From positions 16,585 to 80,584 of the forward strand of contig CAZXUR010000003.1 of assembly GCA_964644245.1 (NCBI GenBank): DNA of 64,000 bases, given 5' to 3'. A model generated the notes under the pieces. That model did no database searches. It was not told where the DNA came from and saw nothing but the letters and a program-made list of their open reading frames with translations. This document shows, one piece after another, positions 39,411 through 48,422 of this stretch. The position numbers were made by a program, and so were the translations under genes. The stretch's first letter is position 1; every line of letters begins with the position of its first letter. The stretch comes from an uncultured archaeon (GTDB taxonomy: Archaea; Aenigmatarchaeota; Aenigmatarchaeia; CAZXUR01).

Positions 39411-40568
39411 ATGCCAGAACTGTCCATGAACTCGGTTATTATCCTTGTACTGGCAGTGATAGTTCTCACCGCCGTGAGTGTGTTCCTCACCGGAGAGGTG
39501 TTCAGCTTTGAGTCAGGCATAGAAGATATAGAGGAAGGGCACGGCATTGGTGGTGGAGGTTCGGGTGGAAGTGGAAGCGGTGGCACTCCGGACGGTGGAA
39601 ACGGTGGCAATGGAAACGGAGACAGCGGTGAGAACGGAGGAGACGGAACTACCACCACTCCTCTGACACTTGGAGTGGTTGATGAGGAAGGACTGACAGA
39701 ATATGTACTAATAGGTGAAGAACAGACCTTTGTTGTGCAGGGCGACGAAACAATTTACTCTGTGACTGTTGTCTCTGCCGACGATTCTCAGGCAGAGATA
39801 GAATTGGATGGGAATGGCCACGTTCTGTCTGCAGAAGAAGTAGTTGAATTTGATTTGACTGACCCAGAAGATGATATAAACGATATCAGTATCGAGTATC
39901 ATCGGACAGACGCGGGAGAAGCCGAACTAACTTTGAAGGCCCTACCTGGAAGGACGTTTCCCCATGACTATCCAGTTTTGTGTAACTACAACAGTCATGA
40001 CTGTTCTGAAGACCCTGCCGAGAAACCATCCACCACAAATATAGACTTCCTCCCTCCTTTGTTTGCAGAAGTCGAATATGATGGCAAGTACTTTACCAAG
40101 GACGAGTACGGCCAGAATTTCGAGACCATTGACTATGACTCTGTACCCACCCAAGAAGCAGAGAGTTCAACAGTCTATTTGGACTTGAATTCCGGGAGTA
40201 TGTACGTGTTCAGGGCCATGTTTGACAACAACGAAGAAGACTTGGTAGGGCTGCATCTCAGGACTGATGCGATACATTTCAGTCTGCAAGGACTGGACCG
40301 GGTCAAGAGTTGGAGGATGCCTGACGTCTTTGGTGACAAATATTACTTCTCGGAAATCTTCTTCATAAAACAAGACAATTCCTTCAAACCTCAGTACTAC
40401 AGAAAATGTGTATACACCTCACCTGGTTATGACATCATATGCAAGGACATACTCGATTATGTAAGTCAGGGTTATTCAAATATACCTCCTGGCAGTCATA
40501 CGCTTTATTTGGACATGGAATCTGTCGATGAAATAAACACAGAAGCATTGAGTATCCGGGTATCATAA
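39411..40568 (+). CDS. pilin-like N-terminus surface protein with Gly-rich linker
   Basis: MPELSMNSVIILVLAVIVL; GGGGSGG linker; shares a domain with the upstream gene. Confidence 0.75.
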   Translation: MPELSMNSVIILVLAVIVLTAVSVFLTGEVFSFESGIEDIEEGHGIGGGGSGGSGSGGTPDGGNGGNGNGDSGENGGDGTTTTPLTLGVVDEEGLTEYVLIGEEQTFVVQGDETIYSVTVVSADDSQAEIELDGNGHVLSAEEVVEFDLTDPEDDINDISIEYHRTDAGEAELTLKALPGRTFPHDYPVLCNYNSHDCSEDPAEKPSTTNIDFLPPLFAEVEYDGKYFTKDEYGQNFETIDYDSVPTQEAESSTVYLDLNSGSMYVFRAMFDNNEEDLVGLHLRTDAIHFSLQGLDRVKSWRMPDVFGDKYYFSEIFFIKQDNSFKPQYYRKCVYTSPGYDIICKDILDYVSQGYSNIPPGSHTLYLDMESVDEINTEALSIRVS

Positions 40569-42305
40569 TCCCCAACTGGGGTCTTTCTTCTGTTTTACGT
40601 CCCGAATCTCCTCCAGGGCACGCTTCTCGGTGTCGCCTATCAGTTTTTTGACTTTTATCAGGAGCTTGTACTCTTTGGGTGACAGGTCCGTATACAGCAC
40701 GTCTTCTTCGTTTATCTGACGGCCGACCGTGGGTCCTTCGATTGACACGGCCACTTCCTCGTTGACTTTTGCTTTTTTCACCACCACGCCCTGGCTCTGA
40801 ATCTGCTGGAGTTTTCCCACTCTCTCGCCCTTCTCGTTCATCAAATATCCTTTGTTCAAAAGGCCGGACATGACTCTGACCCCCACCACCGCCGGCTTTG
40901 AGATGCGGAACGTACAGTTCGGGAGTATCTTCAGCTTGGCTGGCCTGGTCAGGTTTGCCAGCTGCTCCTCCACCAGTTTCTGCTTCTTGTTCTCTTTCCA
41001 CTCTTCGTAATCTTCGACGATTTTGTAGACTATGTCTGATGTTAGAATCGCAACTCCGTGGTCCTTGGCGAATTCCTTGGCGTCTTCCTTGACCTTGTTG
41101 TTGAATCCGACCACTAGCTTCTGGTAATCCGACTCCTCTTCCACCTCGGTCACGTCCTTCTTGGTGATATTTCCGATGGAGGCACGCTTTATGGGGACCT
41201 TGTTCTTGAACAGTGTCATCAGCGCTTCCAGAGCGCCTATGGTGTCTGCCTTGAGCACGATTCCTTCCTTTCCGGTGACCTCGAACTCCTCGTACTCCTT
41301 CTTCATCTTTAGTGCTTCCTGTTTGGCCTGTTCTTCTGAGTCTACAACCGTGATTTCTTGGCCGGCAACTACTTTGTCCATGCCCGAGGCCGCGATTTTT
41401 ATCCCCGCGGCTGCCTTTACCTCGTCAACCGAGTCGAACTGTTTCTCCACCCGGATTTCCTTGAGTGGCCTCGGCTTGAGGAGGGAGCGTATCTTGGTGA
41501 CTATTGGTCTCTTACCTCCCACCACCAGGTAGTTGCTCTTCCTGGCGACCCCGTCGTAAAGTATCACGTCTATGGTCTTTCCTAGTCCCCTGACTTTCTT
41601 CACTTCCAGCACTACTCCCCTGCACTTGTCAGACAGTTCCAGTTCTTTCTTGAGGAATTGCTGGGCCAGACCGGTGAGCATTACCAGCAGTTCCGGGATT
41701 CCTTCCCCGGTCACTCCGGAACAAGGGATTATGGCGATGTTCTTCCTGAAGTGCTTGACCTTGTCGAATCTGGCTGCGTCAAAGCCTCTTGACCCCAGTT
41801 GCCCAACCAGGTTATAGAATCTTTCGTTCACCTCGTCCTTGGTCTGCTGTGACTGTGCCTTCCAGGATTCGGTGAAGCAGGCATTCTCCTTTGTCACCCA
41901 TCCGCGGGCCCGGTCGATTTTAGTGGCAGCCACCACGAAAGGAGTTTTCCTGGTCTTTAATATCTCCAGTGATTCGTCCGTCTGCGGCTTGAACCCTTCA
42001 TTTATATCGACCACCAGGACCGCCATGTCAGCCACAGAACCGCCCCTCTTCCTCAAAGTTGTGAAAGCCTGGTGTCCGGGAGTGTCTATGAACAGTAATC
42101 CGGGTATTTTAGCCTTTACCTTGAATTTCTTCATCAAAGAGCCACAGAACCGTTTAATAGTGTCAACAGGGACCTCAGAAGCGCCTATATGCTGGGTGAT
42201 CAATCCGCTCTCTTTGGTGGTGACGTTCGTACGCCTTATCCGGTCTAGAAGAGTTGTCTTTCCGTGGTCCACATGCCCTAAAATCGCTACTATCAGTTGT
42301 CTCAT
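40563..42305 (-). CDS. infB: translation initiation factor aIF5B (IF-2)
   Basis: GHVDHGKT, ITQHIGA, IDTPGH, RKRGGSVAD. Confidence 0.97.
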   Translation of the reverse strand: MRQLIVAILGHVDHGKTTLLDRIRRTNVTTKESGLITQHIGASEVPVDTIKRFCGSLMKKFKVKAKIPGLLFIDTPGHQAFTTLRKRGGSVADMAVLVVDINEGFKPQTDESLEILKTRKTPFVVAATKIDRARGWVTKENACFTESWKAQSQQTKDEVNERFYNLVGQLGSRGFDAARFDKVKHFRKNIAIIPCSGVTGEGIPELLVMLTGLAQQFLKKELELSDKCRGVVLEVKKVRGLGKTIDVILYDGVARKSNYLVVGGKRPIVTKIRSLLKPRPLKEIRVEKQFDSVDEVKAAAGIKIAASGMDKVVAGQEITVVDSEEQAKQEALKMKKEYEEFEVTGKEGIVLKADTIGALEALMTLFKNKVPIKRASIGNITKKDVTEVEEESDYQKLVVGFNNKVKEDAKEFAKDHGVAILTSDIVYKIVEDYEEWKENKKQKLVEEQLANLTRPAKLKILPNCTFRISKPAVVGVRVMSGLLNKGYLMNEKGERVGKLQQIQSQGVVVKKAKVNEEVAVSIEGPTVGRQINEEDVLYTDLSPKEYKLLIKVKKLIGDTEKRALEEIRDVKQKKDPSWGL

Positions 42306-42362
42306 GGTTATCACCCTTGCATATGTGCATGGATAGAATTCGTTTCTAACGTTTATAAAGAT

Positions 42363-42854
42363 TTATTCGCCGAACCAAAGCTCTATTTCCCTCTCAGCCT
42401 CTTCTTTGTCGCCCGAGGCGTGTACGAGGTTTCTGCAGGCCCGTTCCTCGCGGGTGGAATCCTTGAGAGAGTCCTTTCCCCAGTCCCCGCGGATGGTCCC
42501 TTCCTCTGCCTTGGACGGGTCGGTGGTCCCGGTTATTTCCCTGGCCTTTTTTATGGCGTCCTTGCCCTCCAGTATCACGGCTACCGCCGTCTTACCCATC
42601 AGATAGTCCCTCAACCAGTTCAGGACCTTGAGCCCGTGGGCCTTGAAGTCCTTTATGTTCGCGGCCTTGTCAGCCTTCTTCCCCAGGCTCTCTGCCATGG
42701 ACTCCGGATAGTGCTCCCTTATCAGTGATGGTCCTGGCACCACTTCCTTCTTGTTCACCACTCTCAGACCGGACTTCTCAAACCTGGCCAGTATGTCCTC
42801 TTCCAGACCACGTTCCACTGCATCTGGTTTGAGCAAAATAAGTGTTTGTTCCAT
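42363..42854 (-). CDS. ndk: nucleoside diphosphate kinase
   Basis: LKPDAV, G.TDP..AEEGTIRGD, RNLVHAS. Confidence 0.95.
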   Translation of the reverse strand: MEQTLILLKPDAVERGLEEDILARFEKSGLRVVNKKEVVPGPSLIREHYPESMAESLGKKADKAANIKDFKAHGLKVLNWLRDYLMGKTAVAVILEGKDAIKKAREITGTTDPSKAEEGTIRGDWGKDSLKDSTREERACRNLVHASGDKEEAEREIELWFGE

Positions 42855-42917
42855 AGGATTAATTGGGAAGAAACAATAAATAGTTAAGGATGGTTTAATA
42901 TTTAATTATTTAATTAT

Positions 42918-42953
42918 TTACTTCTTCTTTTTCCTAGTCTTCTTCTTTCCCAT
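42918..42953 (-). CDS. candidate 11-aa basic micropeptide MGKKKTRKKKK
   Basis: SD-like AAGGAGCGTGA 5 nt before ATG, TTTAAATA box at 43009-43016, AT-rich tract after the stop. Confidence 0.45.
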   Translation of the reverse strand: MGKKKTRKKKK

Positions 42954-43115
42954 AGAAGTCACGCTCCTTTTTGTTAAAATATTTTACAGAATTAATAGAC
43001 TCAGCTAATATTTAAAGATGCCGAGTCTTGTGCCTGTTTTTCTTTTTTCTCAGAATCGCAACCTCCTGCCTTTTTGTGGTCGAAAGGAGTCAGGTGAATA
43101 ATGTATAGTTAAATT

Positions 43116-44393
43116 TCAGGGCTCGAGCCTTTCCGGTGTCCTGGGGAACAGTATTGCTTCCTGGATGTTGCCCAGGTCGAGCAGGCGCTGGGTCATGCGC
43201 TCGAATCCGAGGGAGAATCCCCCATGGGGCGGAACTCCATACTTGAAGAACTTGGTGTACCACTCTAGGCTCTTCAGGTTCATCTTCTTCTCCTTTGCCT
43301 GTTTCAATACGACGTCGTGGCGGTGTTCCCTCTGACCACCTGAGGACAGCTCAGTGCCCTTACAGAGCAGGTCAAAACTCCTGGCCCAAGGCCTCTTGTC
43401 CCGCATCACGTAGAAGGGCTTTGCCTTGTACGGAAACTTGTTCACGAAGAAGAAGTCTGCGTCGTACCTCTTCTTCACATAATTGCCGAGTATCTTCTCG
43501 CTCTCCCGGTCGTACTCATCACCGTAGGGGATTTTCTTGCCGTGTTTCTTGAGTATCTCGTAGATTTCAGGGAACTGGAGTATCGGGAAGTCCTTCTTGG
43601 GCACCTCTATCTTCTTTCCCAGCAGTTTCAACTCCTCCTTGCACTCCTTGTTCACCGTCTTAAGGGCGTTGACTACCGCTTCCTGCTCTACTTTGATGAC
43701 GTCGTACTCGTCCTCTATGAAGGCAATTTCCGCAGCCACCGTCCGGTGCTCGCAGACATGCCTGGTGGTATGGGACTTCTCTGCCCTCCATGAGGGGCCC
43801 ATCTCGAACACCCTCTTGAAACCAGAGGCGATTACTAGTTGCCTGTGGAGCATGGGGTCCTGTCTCATAAAGGCTTCCTTGTTGAAGTAAATGACCGGGA
43901 ACATGTCCGCGCCTCCCTCTGAGGACGAAGCCAACAGACAGGGGGTCTGCATCCAGAAGAATTTGTTCTTGGTGAAGTAGTCTATCAGGCCTTCGACCAC
44001 CTTGTCCTCCACTTTGAAGGCTGCCTGCACCTTTTCGTTCCTGACGTCCAGGCACCGCCAGTTAAGACGTGTGTCCAGGTCTGCTTTCACGTGCCTGGTG
44101 GTGAGAGGCACTGCCTCTGACTCCGAAACCACCTTTATTTCTTCAGGTACTACTTCTTTCCCTCCCGGAGCCTGCTTTGAGGATTTGACTCTGCCCTTTA
44201 CGACGACTGCCGACTCCTTGGACAGCGACTTTATTCCCTTTATCACATCCTTGTCTTTGGAAGTGATCTGTATTTTGCCGGTCTGGTCGCGCAGCACGAA
44301 AAACGCGATTTTGCCCAAAACACGTTTGTCCTCCACCCATCCGGCTACTGAAACCTTACCTTTTTTCACGTCTGCAATGTCTACAGATTTCAT
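43116..44393 (-). CDS. aspS: aspartate--tRNA ligase (archaeal type, probably non-discriminating)
   Basis: OB fold, EGGA..F, WRAEKSHTTRH, SSGGQREH, PPHGG.LG.ER, FPR. Confidence 0.93.
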   Translation of the reverse strand: MKSVDIADVKKGKVSVAGWVEDKRVLGKIAFFVLRDQTGKIQITSKDKDVIKGIKSLSKESAVVVKGRVKSSKQAPGGKEVVPEEIKVVSESEAVPLTTRHVKADLDTRLNWRCLDVRNEKVQAAFKVEDKVVEGLIDYFTKNKFFWMQTPCLLASSSEGGADMFPVIYFNKEAFMRQDPMLHRQLVIASGFKRVFEMGPSWRAEKSHTTRHVCEHRTVAAEIAFIEDEYDVIKVEQEAVVNALKTVNKECKEELKLLGKKIEVPKKDFPILQFPEIYEILKKHGKKIPYGDEYDRESEKILGNYVKKRYDADFFFVNKFPYKAKPFYVMRDKRPWARSFDLLCKGTELSSGGQREHRHDVVLKQAKEKKMNLKSLEWYTKFFKYGVPPHGGFSLGFERMTQRLLDLGNIQEAILFPRTPERLEP

Positions 44394-44495
44394 GGATTAA
44401 CTTCAGCCCAAGAATATTTATAACTAATTCTACCGGAAATAGCGGAAATGCGCAGTCAGAGGGTTTAAATACGGTATTGGAAAGTGTTGTTTGTG

Positions 44496-45065
44496 ATGAA
44501 CATGGAATTGTACGAGAGGCACTACAACTACGACCAACGCATCTTCGGAGACGATTCTCTGGTCAAGGACCAGGCATTGCTCAAGAAAAAGATGTCCGAG
44601 AAAGTCAAGGATGAGATCAGACGCGTGAAGGCATTTGTGAAACTACGCGTGTACGAGGGGAAATACTTGTACGCAGAGATAAAGACCAAGCACCGTATCG
44701 AGGGCTTGGTGCTCAAGGAACTGATAAAGAAGTATCCCAACTTCACGGTGGTGCTCACTTCGCCCCGGGGAAACTTCATCATGTCCAAGCGGGAGCTCCC
44801 GTTCCCCATAAAAAACGGAGTCTATTTTTCAGAAGAAGACCCTTCCTCTGTACTGAACCGTTTGCCCACTAAGGAAAGCCTCTTGAAATTCGAGAGGAGG
44901 CAGGGTTACTGGGACCGTGAGAGGAGCAGAAATTTTTACCGGGCAAAGAACCACCAGTCCAAGAGAAGAGCAGCTATGAGACGTGCCCACCGTTCCCACA
45001 GGACACCTAGAGCGGTTCCTCCGGCCGGCCTCATGACCAACCTACTTGACTTCACGTTCAAGTGA
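44496..45065 (+). CDS. DUF4130-like protein
   Basis: KDEIRRVKAFVKL...YAEIKTKHRI...YP...LTSPRG resembles the DUF4130/TIGR03915 core (recognised from memory). Confidence 0.55.
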   Translation: MNMELYERHYNYDQRIFGDDSLVKDQALLKKKMSEKVKDEIRRVKAFVKLRVYEGKYLYAEIKTKHRIEGLVLKELIKKYPNFTVVLTSPRGNFIMSKRELPFPIKNGVYFSEEDPSSVLNRLPTKESLLKFERRQGYWDRERSRNFYRAKNHQSKRRAAMRRAHRSHRTPRAVPPAGLMTNLLDFTFK

Positions 45066-45069
45066 TTGG

Positions 45070-45465
45070 ATGGATTTGAATTTTCCCGTTAACAGTATTC
45101 AGGAACTTCAATCGCTCTCAGAGGAAGTGACATGGCAGTGGTTTGAGAAACTGGTTGCTTTCGTGCTCTCTGAGAACGGTTTTGAGGTCAAACAGGGAGT
45201 GGTCAAGTCTTTCGACAGAGACAAGAGACAGTACGATGTTATTGCGAAACGGTTTGGAAAGACACTGATTGTGGAGTGCAAGAAGGTGAAGCGTTTGTAC
45301 CCCTCTTTTTTGGAGAAAGAGGTGAAAAAGCATCTGGAGAGGTGTGGAAGAATCGAAGGTCAGCCTCTGATGGTGACCCACAAAGGTAAGTGCGGAAAAG
45401 TCAACGAAGTGCCAATAGTTCCGATAAGAAATCTCAACGCCTTCATCAACTCTATGTTCATCTGA
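45070..45465 (+). CDS. PD-(D/E)XK (Mrr-like) nuclease
   Basis: WQWFEKLV...GF...QYDVIA...IVECK. Confidence 0.8.
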   Translation: MDLNFPVNSIQELQSLSEEVTWQWFEKLVAFVLSENGFEVKQGVVKSFDRDKRQYDVIAKRFGKTLIVECKKVKRLYPSFLEKEVKKHLERCGRIEGQPLMVTHKGKCGKVNEVPIVPIRNLNAFINSMFI

Positions 45466-46117
45466 AGAACTCCCTCAGCTTCTTCTGCTCGATTTTACTG
45501 GGGATTCCTTTGACCGTCACCCAGTTCTTCCTCACGCAATCAGGGAAGGACTTGTTCTCCTTCCAGCACTTCTTCAGGAATTTCATGGTCAATGGGTCGT
45601 GGCAGTAGCCGCTTCCGAAGTCTCCATGTTTCTCAGCCAACTTCTTCACGATTTCCTCTCTCTTGACCTTTGCCAGTATGCTTGCCGCGCCCACTTCCGG
45701 ATAGTTCTCGTCCGCGAAGTTCTCCACCACCATCTCGACGTCCCTGTGCCTGAGGCCGTCTTCCAGTTTTCTTCTGAACTTCTTCAGGTTTGCCTCCGGG
45801 GAGTCCACGATGACCTTGTCCGGCTTAAGCGCGTTTATCATGTCCTTGAAGTGCTTAGTTTCCAGATGGTTCAGTTCGCTCCTGACCAATGCCTCATCTA
45901 TGACCTTGGGAGGGACAGCCACCACCGCGTGGTCCAGGGCGATTTCTCTTATCTGCTTCGCCAGTTTTACCCTCACCGGGTGTTTCAACTTCTTGGAGTC
46001 CTTGATTCCCATTTCCTTGAGTTTTCCCGAGTCCTTGGCATCGAACAGAACGCCTGCTATGACCATCTCGCCTATTGCCGGTCCCCTCCCGGCCTCATCC
46101 AGGCCCAGAATTCTCAT
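45458..46117 (-). CDS. rnhB: ribonuclease HII
   Basis: GLDEAGRGP, KDSKKL, AASILAKV, FGSGY. Confidence 0.96.
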   Translation of the reverse strand: MRILGLDEAGRGPAIGEMVIAGVLFDAKDSGKLKEMGIKDSKKLKHPVRVKLAKQIREIALDHAVVAVPPKVIDEALVRSELNHLETKHFKDMINALKPDKVIVDSPEANLKKFRRKLEDGLRHRDVEMVVENFADENYPEVGAASILAKVKREEIVKKLAEKHGDFGSGYCHDPLTMKFLKKCWKENKSFPDCVRKNWVTVKGIPSKIEQKKLREFFR

Positions 46118-46190
46118 ATCTAAAGAGTACCACTCAAACAATAAAAACCTTTAAAAGCATTCCATTGTCATTAGTACTGCAGAGTCGCAA

Positions 46191-46265
46191 AGCGGAGTGG
46201 GGCAGCCAGGAGTGCCCGTCGGGCCCATAACCCGAAGGTCGGTGGTTCAAATCCACTCTCCGCTA
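46191..46265 (+). tRNA. initiator tRNA-Met(CAT), no intron
   Basis: A1-T72, three G-C pairs in the anticodon stem (TCGGG/CCCGA), loop CC-CAT-AA. Confidence 0.93.
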
Positions 46266-46310
46266 CTCTGCACCATTTAAACTTTATTAACATCTTCCCT
46301 AATTATTGTT

Positions 46311-46949
46311 ATGGCTGAACGTCTACGTCTGGAACAGGGGAAATATCTCGTGTCTGTGGCTCGCAAAGTGCTAAAGGAGTTCTTGAAGGAAAAAGGACCG
46401 GTCAAGGCACCCAAGGACTATCCAAAGACTCTGGACATAGACAGGGGCGTTTTCTGTACCCTTTACACCCATCCGAATAGGAAGCTCCGCGGGTGCGTGG
46501 GTATCCCCTACCCCAGCGCTAACGTGGTTTACAACACTGTGGATGCAGCATGCTCCTCCACCCAGGATACCAGGTTTCCGGCTCTGGAGCCCAAGGACTT
46601 GAAGAAGATAGTTATCGAATTGTCAGTCCTGACCGAGCCCAAACCCGTAGAGGTCGACAAGCCACAGGACTATCTGGAAAAAATAGAACTGGGAAAGGAC
46701 GGTCTGATAATCAAGTACGACTACGCAACCGGCCTGCTCCTCCCCCAGGTTCCCATCGAACAGGGATGGGACACCAGAGCTTTTCTCAGGAGCTTGTGCG
46801 TGAAGGCGGGTCTGGCACCAGAGACGTGGGTGTCGCCTAACGTGAATATATACAAGTTCCAGGCACAGATATTCGTAGAGAAAGAGCCTAACGGAGAAGT
46901 AAAAGAAAAGGCTCCCACTGAGTTCAAGAAGAGTCAAAAGGGTCGGTAA
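46311..46949 (+). CDS. AMMECR1 domain protein (AmmeMemoRadiSam protein A)
   Basis: GVFCTL, LRGCVG, DTRF, GLLLPQV, LCVKAGL. Confidence 0.93.
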   Translation: MAERLRLEQGKYLVSVARKVLKEFLKEKGPVKAPKDYPKTLDIDRGVFCTLYTHPNRKLRGCVGIPYPSANVVYNTVDAACSSTQDTRFPALEPKDLKKIVIELSVLTEPKPVEVDKPQDYLEKIELGKDGLIIKYDYATGLLLPQVPIEQGWDTRAFLRSLCVKAGLAPETWVSPNVNIYKFQAQIFVEKEPNGEVKEKAPTEFKKSQKGR

Positions 46950-47974
46950 TTCCTTCTGAGTTTGACTTCCGGAAACTCGTCGAGAAGGTCTTGGTAGACT
47001 AAATCTGCGTCCTTTTCCAACAGTTTCGCCCTCTGGTCCGCCTCTATTATGGGAACGGGCATCCCATACACGTCCGAGGAGCAGAGCGGAAGGATGGAAG
47101 AAGATATGATGTCGGCAAATTCCAAGGGACCCAAGAACTCGACTCTCAGTGGTTTGTCCAGTTTTGCGGACTTCAGGTAGAAGACACGCAAGTTCATCCC
47201 GTAGTCCCCGAAGTCCTTGAGTATCAGATGCTCTTTTGGCGCTTTGGAATAACGGAAGGCAAAAGACCTCTCCCCCCTTTCCAGCACGTGATACAAGAGG
47301 CCCGAATCCCTGGTCTCCTTGAGCACCTTTATCAGTTCAGAAACTTTGGGGTCGTCTATGCCTGACAGTATGTCTTTGGAAACAATTTCTGATATCCTGG
47401 TGCCCTGCGAATCCTCGACCACACCCACCAGCATGCATTTGTTCTTGACAGACGCCTTGTAAAGTCTCATGAGAGAATCCAGAAGTTCCTGGTATTCCTT
47501 GGAGAACCTCTTTGACTTGTAGGATGAATTTGGGACCAGGGAACCGTGCAGGAGATGCACGGAGGGAGAGAAACGGTCTATAATCTCCGCGGACAGGTCC
47601 ACTTCTGATTTCATTCTCTCGATACCCGAGTAGATTTCAAAACCCTCGCCCGAGGTATTCACTTTCAGTTGGGGAGTGGGGAATTCTTGGGGGAAGTATT
47701 CCACATTTGCCTTTTTCTTCGAATAGTCAAACGTCACCCCGGCCGCACGTATCAGGCAGAAGTCCAGTCCGTACAGAGACCTGGAGACCAGGCCACCATC
47801 CACTGCCGCTACTTTCTCCAACTTTTTGTTCTTTACTTCCTTAGTCAGGAACGGTTCCTGTATGTTTTTGGTGGTCGAGACCTTGTCTTTGATGTCCTTC
47901 AAGAAATTTGCGAGTTTCAGCCTTTTCCCATGTTTCTTCGACAGTTCATCCACCAATGGGCTGAGGTCGATCAT
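46934..47974 (-). CDS. nurA: NurA family nuclease
   Basis: AAVDGG, LLHGS, VGVVED, PLRVEF, YGMP.PIIEAD. Confidence 0.8.
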   Translation of the reverse strand: MIDLSPLVDELSKKHGKRLKLANFLKDIKDKVSTTKNIQEPFLTKEVKNKKLEKVAAVDGGLVSRSLYGLDFCLIRAAGVTFDYSKKKANVEYFPQEFPTPQLKVNTSGEGFEIYSGIERMKSEVDLSAEIIDRFSPSVHLLHGSLVPNSSYKSKRFSKEYQELLDSLMRLYKASVKNKCMLVGVVEDSQGTRISEIVSKDILSGIDDPKVSELIKVLKETRDSGLLYHVLERGERSFAFRYSKAPKEHLILKDFGDYGMNLRVFYLKSAKLDKPLRVEFLGPLEFADIISSSILPLCSSDVYGMPVPIIEADQRAKLLEKDADLVYQDLLDEFPEVKLRRNYRPF

Positions 47975-47996
47975 AAGAATATTTGCTCCCAATCTT

Positions 47997-48380
47997 TTAA
48001 TTAGAAGACTTGTATTTTTTGTACAGTTTGTCCACACGTTTACGGTCTATCTTCTTCCCGAAGCATTTGTGGGGGACCAGCGCACCCGAAAAAGTCTTTG
48101 GGATGTGCAGAAGCTCGTGTATGAGCACTTTGTCCTGTTCTTCTTCCGAGGCCCGGTCGTACCTTTCGGACAGCACTTCTATCACGTAGTGCGCATCCAC
48201 CTTTAGAGCCTTCTGCCAGACACGCGGAAGGTTCCATATTCTCGCAAAAGCCTTTGACTTTGAGCCCTTGGAGCGCATGCATATGACCCGCTCTCCGTCT
48301 ATATGGAACAAGTCAAGCGAAGAAATAATCCGGTTCACCTTTTCCTGTATGTCCGAGGCAACGTTGAATTTGAAGTCCAT
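47997..48380 (-). CDS. putative metallopeptidase (COG4900-like)
   Basis: RSKGSKS.AFARIW, HELLHIP, SGALVPH. Confidence 0.85.
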   Translation of the reverse strand: MDFKFNVASDIQEKVNRIISSLDLFHIDGERVICMRSKGSKSKAFARIWNLPRVWQKALKVDAHYVIEVLSERYDRASEEEQDKVLIHELLHIPKTFSGALVPHKCFGKKIDRKRVDKLYKKYKSSN

Positions 48381-48422
48381 ACCATATTTATATGCTTTTC
48401 TTTTAATATATTTGGTGTTAAG

